DNA from: Octopus vulgaris
Taxonomy: Eukaryota
Length of the DNA: 64,000 bases
Direction: 5' to 3'
NCBI GenBank assembly: GCA_951406725.2
Contig: OX597817.1
Location: 95,790,001-95,854,000, forward strand
Shown here: piece by piece, positions 1 to 10,289 of the stretch
Position numbering within the stretch: the stretch's first letter is position 1
Layout: the number at the start of each line of letters is the position of its first letter
The notes under the pieces: model-generated
Told to the model about the DNA's origin: nothing
Seen by the model: the letters and a program-made list of their open reading frames with translations, nothing else
The model's database searches: none
Program-made: the position numbers and the translations under genes

Positions 1-1300
1 CCATAAATCTTACCTTAGTTAATCAGATAGTTCATCGCTTTGAGGCGGAAGTGGGGAATCCGCCTCCTTTTCTTTTTCTCGGTCTCGTGGAGTTGGAGTG
101 TGTATGCCCTCGTACATTTGAGGTGATATATCCCATGTCAAAGGGCCTACATCATCTCTAAAGTCATTTACAAATATATTATAAGTTTTTCGATCAACCT
201 TGTATATCTCACACCTGTCTCTCACATCTTCGTTCTCTATTTTTTAAATATTTTTTATACATTCCAGGCGCTTTACCAGCCTCCTTTGAGAAACTCTCAC
301 CGCCATATACAATTCCTCCTATTTTTTCTGGCTTTTTCACCTTTTTTACAGTTTCTTGGGTCTTTTCTGGGGAGGTTGGTTTCATTTTTCTTTTGTTTTT
401 TACGATTGCCCAGTCCTCCCCTTCTTTGTTATTCTTTGGCGCTCTGCTTTTTGTTCTTCTGCTTTGTTTTCTTCTTTCTCACCTTCCTCTTCTTTTCCTT
501 CCTGGGAGGTTTTACATTCTGACCTAATGTGGCCTTTCATGCCACACTTCCAGGGTTAGTGTCTCCGCTTGAATCAACATCTTCACTGTTTGACTCGTCC
601 ATTTCTTTTCTTCTTTAACTTTTGCTAATAACAGCGTTATTTTCTCTTCCAAATCCAGCATTATTGCCGCTACTAGCCATTCAGCATTGACCTCCGGCGG
701 TATATTGCCAATTTTAATCCTCGAGGTTCTCCTCCCCATGTATATGGGCATGAGTACCACCTCCTCCGTTCTCAATGGTTCGACTGAGTGAAGTTTTGTT
801 TTCTCGGCCGACTCCATCCTCACATCAATGGTTGCATATCTTTTTCCTCTCGTTAAGTGTTTGATCTCTCTCCATATGGGCTTCAAACATTTTTCTATAT
901 ATTTTTCTTGAACATATTCTATTTTTCTCTTTTACATTACATGATTTGTATATAATCGTCTTTTGCAACATATCTGTTGCAATATCTTGTGGAGGGACCA
1001 CTTTAATTTCGGTCCCCTCCCTTGACAATAAATTCCTATGTTCCTTCAACTTTTCAGTGTTAATTCTTTTTGTCTTGCTCCCGGCTGCTGCCGCAAAGTT
1101 CATCTCTATTGTATTACTTTGCGCTTCACCAGTTGCAAGACTAAGTACTGCTATGTTCTTCCTTACAATTCGTAACTAAAGCATTTCCATTCTAGATGTT
1201 TTAGTTGTACTAGGCTCATGCTGGTTGTTCTTCGGTGAGTCTTCCCTTTGGCACTTCTTCGGTGAGTTTTGGTTTGGAGAGCCGCTCTCCAAAGACAATC
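1..1300 (-). pseudogene. Degenerate gag-like/LINE ORF1 fragment, copy A
   Basis: The frameshifted ORFs 825-1103 and 524-886 are homologous to copies B and C (P.Y.GRR..K....IPPEV.A.W..AA). A remnant knuckle WKCGMKGHIRSEC lies at about 515-555. Confidence 0.6.
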
Positions 1301-1609
1301 ATTTTGGTGTATTTACTTGTTTCATTTCAAAATGGCAACACACAAAAATTCGCGCAGAAAATTATTATAAACAACAATTTGCTTTACAATAAAGCAATAA
1401 ACGCTTCTCTTTTTAAAACAAATATCAACAACAACAACAATTTTCTCACCTTCAGTAATAACACAACCAAACAATGTTCTAAGAAATTTCTTTCTTTCTT
1501 GCCCACAAGGGGCCAACGAAGAGGGGACAATACAGAACATATGGGGACATATAACATATGAAGATGAATGATATTTGTACAAATGAAGATGAGACGGCCA
1601 CCCCGGCTC

Positions 1610-2430
1610 CACTCTGTGTTTGTTTTACCTGGTTTCTTCCTTTTCCTTTTCTTACCGGCTGCTTCCCATTCTCCTGATTCACCTTCTTTTTCTTCTGTTT
1701 CTACTGGTGGTGGTAGAGGTGGTGGTGTTACTTCTGTTTTTCTTGCTTGTTCTTCCTCCTTTTTGTCTTGTAGAGGTCAGTTTGTCTAATGGTGGCCTGG
1801 AGAACCGCTATCTCTTCCTCATTATCGAGTAAGACAGGGGCTGCTATCCAGGCTGCGTCAACCTCTGGTGGGATTCCTTCCATACTGACCTTTACCGAGC
1901 GTCTTCCATGGTACGTAGGAAACAACATCACTTCGTCGCTCTTTAAAATAATTGCCGTATTCATCCTTGCGAAGTCCGCATCTTTAAATCTTACTTCTAT
2001 TGTTCCTTACTTGGCCCCTCTGGCAAGATACTTTATCTCTTGACAGATTGGCCTTAGTGCCTTCTCCACTTGGCTCGTTGTCATTATTTCAATCTTGCCA
2101 GAAGCTACCGAATGTGTCTTCTATGTAACGGTACACTTCCTTCTGTTGACAATCAAAACCTCTGGGGATGGGGGGGGGGGCTGAATTGGTTTCTTCACGC
2201 CTCATCGTTTTTGTATAACTTTTCCATTCATCCCATTCCATTCGGTGCTCTTTCATCTTTGCAATCTCTGCAAAGCTTCTGTCTTCTCTCGCCTGTTTTT
2301 TCTGTCTTACTCAACGAAATATCAGACAGGAAAAAAAAAACGAAAAAAAGAAGCACAGTTTCAAAAACGTATGTTATAATGGATAAAAAATGAAAATGAG
2401 AAATGGTATGAAGTTCTCTCAGCCCCACCT
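1610..2430 (-). pseudogene. Degenerate gag-like/LINE ORF1 fragment, copy B (zinc knuckle deleted)
   Basis: ORF 1728-1964 (PTYHGRRSVKVSMEGIPPEVDAAWIAA) is nearly identical in DNA to 3210-3362. Confidence 0.6.
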
Positions 2431-2869
2431 CTGAGTCACTTCATTTATACCTTTTTCACTTTTATATTTAGTTCCTGCGAAGACATCAGTGCATAATCCA
2501 AATGCCATGGTAAATTTTCAACATCCAGTTCAATTCGTCATATTTCATGTCCGCTTTTAAACATTTTGATTTTTTCTTTGTGTTCCTCGTTTAATAACAA
2601 GCAGCAATGCCACCCTTGTACATCATCAAACTTATTCGTGTCCACTGATCGTATGTCCTTCCACTTCCTAATTTCCTCGCACAGTTTCTTCTTTGTATTG
2701 TCATACATAGTTGTTCTTTTTCTTTTTCTTGGAAGGTGGGGAAGTTGAAAGGCTTGTGTCCGAATGTATTTGTTTGTGTGTCAGAGGGGAGTGGGCAGGT
2801 GTGTCATAGGATGGGTGGGAGGAAGAGGGCGTGTGTGGGTGCTGGGTGGGGTGGGGTGGGGTTCTGTAT

Positions 2870-3362
2870 TTGCTTTGCCTGTCTTCCTCCTCCTTTTCCT
2901 TTTCTTACCAGCTGCCTCCCATTCTCCTTCTGATTTGCCTTCTTTTTCTTCTGTTTCTACTGGTGATGTTGGTGTTACTTCAGCTTATCTTACTTGTTCT
3001 TCTTCCTTCTTTTTGTCTTGTAGAGGGCAGTTTGCTCTAATGTGGCCTTTCTGGCCACACTTGTAGCATCGAGGGATCTTGCCCTCTACTTTGACTACCA
3101 TTATTATATCTTCTACTGCTATGGTCTCCGGTAATTCATCAATAATCTCTCTCGGCCCTTGTATAACCATAGTTAGTGTTTGGCCTTTCCAATTCCTACT
3201 TTCCGTCCAAGTGGCCTGGAGAACCGCTATCTCCTCCTCATTACCAAATAAGACAGCGGCTGCTATCCAGGCTGCGTCAACCTCTGGTGGGATTCCTTCC
3301 ACATTGACCTTTACCGATCGTCTTCCATGGTACGTAGGCAACAACACCACTTCGTCGCTCTT
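2870..3362 (-). pseudogene. gag-like/LINE ORF1 fragment, copy C, with CCHC zinc knuckle
   Basis: ORF 2985-3350 contains RCYKCGQKGHIRANC (CX2CX4HX4C), followed by a K/E-rich tail. Confidence 0.7.
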
Positions 3363-4454
3363 TTTTGTAAAAAAATTTAAAAGTGATTTTGTTGTTATGG
3401 CTGTTTGGAGCGTTATAATCCTTACTATGCGGACCGATTTTGGCCATTTTCATTTTTAACTTAAAAACCATGGGAGGAACCTTTTTGGTAAAAAAAATCC
3501 CAAACAAATTGTAAAAATTTTTAGAGGAAAAGGTGAACAATTCAAGGGAGGTTTCACTGTTATTTCGAGCACAACGCAAACCACCCTCCCTTTTGTCTCT
3601 CACATGTATTGCTGTTTATTCAATATTTTTCTCCCATTAAACACATTTTATAGAATGATGATGCCGAAGTAACACATGCGTGGTCTATTGGTGTATGAAA
3701 AAATAAAATAAATTGTAATCTAAATGTTTACCCCCACCTGAATCAAGCGAAGCCGTGTGTGTGTGTAACAAAAGACATTTCCTAACCGAAAAGTACGCTA
3801 TTAAAATGAATTATCCTTTACATAACTCTTTTTTAAAAAATCAACAAGGATTACAGCGTGGAAGATGTGTGTAAACCATTCAAGAACATTATGAAGGGAA
3901 AAAAGTGAAATCATGTGAATTTTCCAAAACTCCTCTCTCCACCCCCTCAAAAAAATTCTTCCCCATAAATCCCTGTATACTCTGAAGCCACAACATCTTA
4001 GCGGTATTGGTTTTGTAGAAAATTTTATTAAAAAGTATCCATTTTTCTGGATGTTATGAGGCAACAAAATCGGGGGCATATACATCTGTAGTAATGCCCT
4101 TTTATTTATACGATATATAAGAAATAATTGAGATTCAGTTGAATTAGGTATTTAAGTTGAAGCACCAAGTCAGTCCGGTATTATCCGCGTAGCTCGAAGT
4201 AAGGTGAATAAAATCAAAATAAGCAACAGGATATCAAGAATTACTGCATCACTTCTTGATATCCTGTTGTTTATTTTGATACACACACACACACACACAC
4301 ACTCACACACACACATATATATATGTATGTATGTATGTATATAGTGATTCCAATCAAAGAAGAACAAACATGAAAAAACAACAACGCTTGGACGTGGTAC
4401 AAGTAATGTATTATCAGACGCTCAGATTATATATATATATATATATATATATGT

Positions 4455-4531
<77 letters not shown>

Positions 4532-4918
4532 GGACGAGAGAGAAAGTAAAAAGTAAAAGAGTCAAAAGTAAGATTAAGAATGGTTAAGAAGCTTTTTAAT
4601 AATTACTACAAATGTTTCGATACATACAGATCCACGTATATACAGGATTTAAATTTAAATTTAAATTTGAATTAAATTATGTAACGATTTACCTGTATAA
4701 GAAGAGCCATATGCATTTCCTCATGCGATATTTAATTTCCGTCTCCGTAAGTAAATCTAGATTTCCATGTTACAACATCCATGGCTCCTTTGAAACTAAA
4801 AAATGCCGACGGTTTCAATTCGCTTGCTATGAGTGTGTTATCATGTTAGACATGAGCGTCAATGTGTACATTGTCTGTTTATTTATTTAGTTTCAACATG
4901 TTATTCTGCACATGTCAA

Positions 4919-4960
<42 letters not shown>

Positions 4961-5147
4961 TAAGCAATTAAGGGTTTAGCAACGAATTGCCTGACCACAC
5001 ACCGAATTTAGAAATAGCAGTCAAAGAGATTATAGCTATTTCTTCTACTAAAAGGGAGATCACAGTAAAGGCACAGCATTTGAAAGGCAAACACAAACAG
5101 GTAAAAGAGAATGAATTAACGGCAATCTATCATACAGTTTTAAGTCA

Positions 5148-5239
5148 CCTACGGACGTACGTTTCGAGATCAAGTCTTAGGAAAGCATAAGAATTAGATA
5201 ACTCTACTTTACCCCGACTTCTTCTTTCATCAGCGCAGG
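5148..5239 (-). ncRNA. Type I hammerhead ribozyme motif, array copy 1
   Basis: Reverse complement of the motif at 6434-6525. Confidence 0.8.
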
Positions 5240-5734
5240 ATACTAACAATCATGAATGATTGAATATTGAATTTTGAGATACTAGAAGGCACCAACTCAA
5301 CTCAGTATCAGAGCGAGCTAGAAGCCACAGCTAGTATCACCAAATTCAAAGTATGAATGAAAGCTTGTGTCACCAGTCCCTTCCCACCCGCGTGTAGCCA
5401 AGACAAAGTGCTGTGGTCATTTACTGGGATGAATATGGTTTATGAGTAACAATGAAGGGTGAAATTAATTAATTTGGAACAATTATCAATTACACCAAGT
5501 AGTCTTCGGCATGTAAAAGCCTGATTCGAGGAAAATTTAAGTAATACTAAGCAATTAAGGGTTTAGCAACGAATTGCCTTACCACACACCGAATTTAGAA
5601 ATAGCAGTCAAAGAGATTATAGCTATTTCTTCTACTAAAAGGGAGATCACAGTAAAGGCACAGCATTTGAAAGGCAAACACAAACAGGTAAAAGAGAATG
5701 AATTAACGGCAATCTATCATACAGTTTTAAGTCA

Positions 5735-5826
5735 CCTACGGACGTACGTTTCGAGATCAAGTCTTAGGAAAGCATAAGAATTAGATAACTCTACTTTACC
5801 CCGACTTCTTCTTTCATCAGCGCAGG
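5735..5826 (-). ncRNA. Type I hammerhead ribozyme motif, array copy 2
   Basis: Reverse complement of the motif at 6434-6525. Confidence 0.8.
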
Positions 5827-6433
5827 ATACTAACAATCATGAATGATTGAATATTGAATTTTGAGATACTAGAAGGCACCAACTCAACTCAGTATCAGAG
5901 CGAGCTAGAAGCCACAGCTAGTATCACCAAATTCAAAGTATGAATGAAAGCTTGTGTCACCAGTCCCTTCCCACCCGCGTGTAGCCAAGACAAAGTGCTG
6001 TGGTCATTTACTGGGATGAATATGGTTTATGAGTAACAATGAAGGGTGAAATTAATTAATTTGGAACAATTATCAATTACACCAAGTAGTCTTCGGCATG
6101 TAAAAGCCTGATTCGAGGAAAATTTAAGTAATACTAAGCAATTAAGGGTTTAGCAACGAATTGCCTTACCACACACCGAATTTAGAAATAGCAGTCAAAG
6201 AGATTATAGCTATTTCTTCTACTAAAAGGGAGATCACAGTAAAGGCACAGCATTTGAAAGGCAAACACAAACAGGTAAAAGAGAATGAATTAACGGCAAT
6301 CTACACAAGCTTTCATTCATACTTTGAATTTGGTGATACTAGCTGTGGCTTCTAGCTCGCTCTGATACTGAGTTGAGTTGGTGCCTTCTAGTATCTCAAA
6401 ATTCAATATTCAATCATTCATGATTGTTAGTAT

Positions 6434-6525
6434 CCTGCGCTGATGAAAGAAGAAGTCGGGGTAAAGTAGAGTTATCTAATTCTTATGCTTTCCTAAGACT
6501 TGATCTCGAAACGTACGTCCGTAGG
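6434..6525 (+). ncRNA. Type I hammerhead ribozyme motif, array copy 3
   Basis: CCTGCG-CTGATGA-(long stem II, AAGTC...GACTT)-GAAAC-GTAC-GTC-CGTAGG. Stem I is CCTGCG/CGTAGG and stem III is the palindrome ACGTACGT. Predicted cut after 6519. Confidence 0.85.
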
Positions 6526-7019
6526 TGACTTAAAACTGTATGATAGATTGCCGTTAATTCATTCTCTTTTACCTGTTTGTGTTTGCCTTTCAAATGCTGT
6601 GCCTTTACTGTGATCTCCTTTTAGTAGAAGAAATAGCTATAATCTCTTTGACTGCTATTTCTAAATTCGGTGTGTGGTAAGACAATTCGTTGCTAAACCC
6701 TTAATTGCTTAGTATTACTTAAATTTTCCTCGAATGAGGCTTTTACATGCCGAAGACTACTTGGTGTAATTGATAATTGTTCCAAATTAATTAATTTCAC
6801 CCTTCATTGTTACTCATAAACCATATTCATCCCAGTAAATGACCACAGCACTTTGTCTTGGCTACACGCGGGTGGGAAGGGACTGGTGACACAAGCTTTC
6901 ATTCGTACTTTGAATTTGGTGATACTAGCTGTGGCTTCTAGCTCGCTCTGATACTGAGTTGAGTTGGTGCCTTCTAGTATCTCAAAATTCAATATTCAAT
7001 CATTCATGATTGTTAGTAT

Positions 7020-7111
7020 CCTGCGCTGATGAAAGAAGAAGTCGGGGTAAAGTAGAGTTATCTAATTCTTATGCTTTCCTAAGACTTGATCTCGAAACGT
7101 ACGTCCGTAGG
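7020..7111 (+). ncRNA. Type I hammerhead ribozyme motif, array copy 4
   Basis: Same motif as 6434-6525. Predicted cut after 7105. Confidence 0.85.
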
Positions 7112-7401
7112 TGACTTAAAACTGTATGATAGATTGCCGTTAATTCATTCTCTTTTACCTGTTTGTGTTTGCCTTTCAAATGCTGTGCCTTTACTGTGAT
7201 CTCCCTTTTAGTAGAAGAAATAGCTATAATCTCTTTAACTGCTATTTCTAAATTCGGTGTGTGGTAAGGCAATTCGTTGCTAAACCCTTAATTGCTTAGT
7301 ATTACTTAAATTTTCCTCGAATGAGGCTTTTACATGCCGAAGACTACTTGGTGTAATTGATAATTGTTCCAAATTAATTAATTTCACCCTTCATTGTTAC
7401 T

Positions 7402-7447
<46 letters not shown>

Positions 7448-8196
7448 TTTTTCCCTTGTTAACAATTAACACGGAAAAAAATAGATAAATAATTACGAGG
7501 GTAGCAAAAAATCACACAAGTAAAAAGCTTGTAACTCCTTGTTTTTGAAGGTAGAAACTTCGGGTTTACGTGAAATATTTTGTATAATATATATATAAAT
7601 AAATAAATGGAGTTAAACGCAGGTGGTATTCATATTCTTTTACTTCCGACACATGTTTCGAAGATAAGGAAGATAAGGAATAAATTGGTGTAAAATAATG
7701 TAATCTTCTCTTCAGGGAAATGAAGAAATGAAACTCGTCAATAAGACATTTTAACAGAAGATGAAGGATATGTATTGTGATTAACTGAACGCTTTTAGGT
7801 TTGTTTCAAAAAACGTTAGAGGATATAACGTCAAAAGTAGCCTATAGAAAGAGGAGGGTTAAAGGAAAGAAACATTTTTTAAAATGAGAAGTATATAACT
7901 ATATGTATATTAAATGAAACCCTATAGTCTTGGAAAAAGATATATCTAGTGAATGTGAAATGTAAGAAGAAAATTAATGTTTAAATTATATATAATGGTA
8001 GGTATCACTTATATGAACTAAAGGTGTGGTTCTGCCAATGTTTACATCGGTATGCACGCTCTATAACCGTGTTTACAAAGGGATTTTTAGAAAAAAAGAA
8101 TAAAAAATAGTTCAGAATTACAGAGAAGACAGAATTCCTTGCGTTTCTATTGAGGTTGAGAGAATCAACCAATCTAAATTAAATTGTTTATTGTGG

Positions 8197-8200
<4 letters not shown>
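7448..8200 (-). mobile_element. Penelope-like element 3' fragment (end of GIY-YIG region plus pLTR)
   Basis: The minus strand reads CLLCNSELFFILFFSKNPFVNTVIERAYRCKHWQ, similar to the PLE endonuclease C-terminus at 50348-50752. Related copies are at 38130-38870 and 45175-45690. Confidence 0.65.
7643..7720 (-). ncRNA. Type I hammerhead ribozyme motif
   Basis: Minus strand: TTCC-CTGAAGA-GAAGAT...ATCTTC-GAAAC-ATGT-GTC-GGAA. Stem I has 4 or more bp and stem II has 6 bp. Confidence 0.75.
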
Positions 8201-8260
<60 letters not shown>

Positions 8261-8263
<3 letters not shown>

Positions 8264-9665
8264 GTCCACTATAATCCAGCGTTTGCATTACTTTTTTCGT
8301 CTGGCGTAAACAGCCCTTCTTATCTTGTTCTCCTTGTCCTGTCTCTCACTGTTATATATTTATTTTTCAACTGTTTATATATAATTTTTTTTTTTTACTG
8401 TTTATATGTTTGTACTGTCGTTACCGTCTTGCTTTTTTTACCATTTTTTACCCCTCTGCGAAAAGATCTCAGAATTTTAATTGATTTGCTTTTCGCAGGA
8501 AGGAAGTTTCTTCGAAGTATACGTCTCGCTTTTATCCTTCGAAACGTAGAGTAGATGAAACCTTAGCGACTGAAGAAGGGGATTTTTCGTTGTGCTTATC
8601 GTCCTGTATCTCTTTTTTTCTTTTTTGCTTGTCCTGTTCCTTGGTTTGTGTCTATGTTTTTCGTCTCTCTATGTGTTCGACGTCTTTTTGGTGTCCTGTA
8701 CACATATATGCGTGTATATGTACATGTAGAGGTAGGTACGTACATATATGTTTATATATATGCATATGTTCTATTTTATTAACATATTATACGACTAAAC
8801 GCACGCACCCTATTAAGTAAGATTGTTCTGTTTATCAAGTTAGCCTTGATATTAACTCTCACGCGACTCTGCATCTTTCTTTCTTTCTCTCCCATTCCCT
8901 TTTTCGTCCTTTTTCCCTCACTTAACTTGTCTCTTCCTCTCTCTCTCATTCTTCATTCTCTCTCTCCCCCTCACCATTCTTCATGGTCTCCTCGCACCAT
9001 TCCCCTTCTTCTCTCTCTTCCTCTTGCTCCTCCTCCCCCATTCCCGTCGTCCATCTGCGACGATACTTCCGTCGTAACTGCTATCCTGTCTTTTCTCGCC
9101 CGCCTTCTAAGGCCACTGGTCGACATTCTTTCTCTCTCGTCGTCCACTATAATCCAGCGTTTGCATTACTTTTTTCGTCTGGCGTAAACAGCCCTTCTTA
9201 TCTTGTTCTCCTTGTCCTGTCTCTCACTGTTATATATTTATTTTTCAACTGTTTATATATAATTTTTTTTTTTTTTTACTGTTTATATGTTTGTACTGTC
9301 GTTACCGTCTTGCTTTTTTTACCATTTTTTACCCCTCTGCGAAAAGATCTCAGAATTTTAATTGATTTGCTTTTCGCAGGAAGGAAGTTTCTTCGAAGTA
9401 TACGTCTCGCTTTTATCCTTCGAAACGTAGAGTAGATGAAACCTTAGCGACTGAAGAAGGGGATTTTTCGTTGTGCTTATCGTCCTGTATCTCTTTTTTT
9501 CTTTTTTGCTTGTCCTGTTCCTTGGTTTGTGTCTATGTTTTTCGTCTCTCTATGTGTTCGACGTCTTTTTGGTGTCCTGTACACATATATGCGTGTATAT
9601 GTACATGTAGAGGTAGGTACGTACATATATGTTTATATATATGCATATGTTCTATTTTATTAACA
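8261..9665 (+). repeat. Partial tandem direct repeat (period about 881 bp), PLE pLTR-like
   Basis: 8261-8786 is repeated at 9139-9665 almost identically. Bounded by (TA)n. Related sequence lies at 56820-56910 and 57220-58065. Confidence 0.9.
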
Positions 9666-9776
9666 TATATATATATAAAGTTAATCCAAACAAGAAAAAC
9701 AAAAAAAAACAACAACGCAAAAAGTGGAACAATTAAAGTATTATTAGGCGCTCAGGAAAAAAGGGGAAGAAGGAGG

Positions 9777-9813
9777 GTATGACGTTTCGAGCGGAGCTCT
9801 TCGTCGGAAACAT
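9777..9813 (-). ncRNA. Minimal hammerhead-like motif (variant core CCGACGA)
   Basis: Minus strand: GTTT-CCGACGA-A-GAGC-TCC-GCTC-GAAAC-GTC-ATAC. Stem II is perfect, stem I has a mismatch and U4 is changed to C. Confidence 0.5.
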
Positions 9814-10289
9814 AAGAGAAAGAAAGAACCCGAGGTGGGAGGACAGAGGGAAAAAAACGCGAGTGGTCTTCACGTGGTAAACATACTGAGAGGCGGAAGT
9901 CGTAGACGAGAGGGGACAGGTTTTCAAAGACAGGAGAGCGGAAAAAGAAGGAAGGTAAAAACACAATGAGTGGGATGAAGAGTGTGTGTATGCGAGTGTG
10001 TATGTATGTATATGTTTGGCGGCGGCTAGTAGCAAGCGGTGTGCGAGATGACAAGTGTAGTTTATTAGTGCGTGCGTCTGTGTGTATGTGTGTGTATGTT
10101 GGACGAAGCCTAGTGGACGTAGCAGTCACAGGTCAGTGGCAAAAAGAGGAAGAAGGTAGAAGGGGACCGTCACAGGTCAGTGGCAAAAGGAGGAAAGAAG
10201 GAAGCAGGGGAATGTGTGCGTGCGTGTGTGTGTTTTGTTGTAGTATGTGTGTGTACGTGTGCGTTAGTAACTTTGCTTAGCAGAGTGTA

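Larger units (their letters stand above)
4958..7401. repeat. Array of a 587-bp unit: about 2.3 direct copies then about 1.9 inverted copies (PLE pseudo-LTR/retrozyme-like)
   Basis: Units start at 4958, 5545 and 6132 (period 587). Orientation flips at 6303/6304. Copies are near-identical and both ends abut (TA)n. Confidence 0.95.

Noticed and set aside
4987-7272. Repeated 67-aa ORF MPYHTPNLEIAVKEII…
   Set aside because: It starts at TTG, lies antisense to the ribozyme strand, has no recognisable motif and recurs only because the DNA unit is repeated.
4958-7401. CRISPR-like or satellite interpretation of the array
   Set aside because: There is no short repeat/unique spacer pattern and no cas genes, the context is eukaryotic and the copy number is low.
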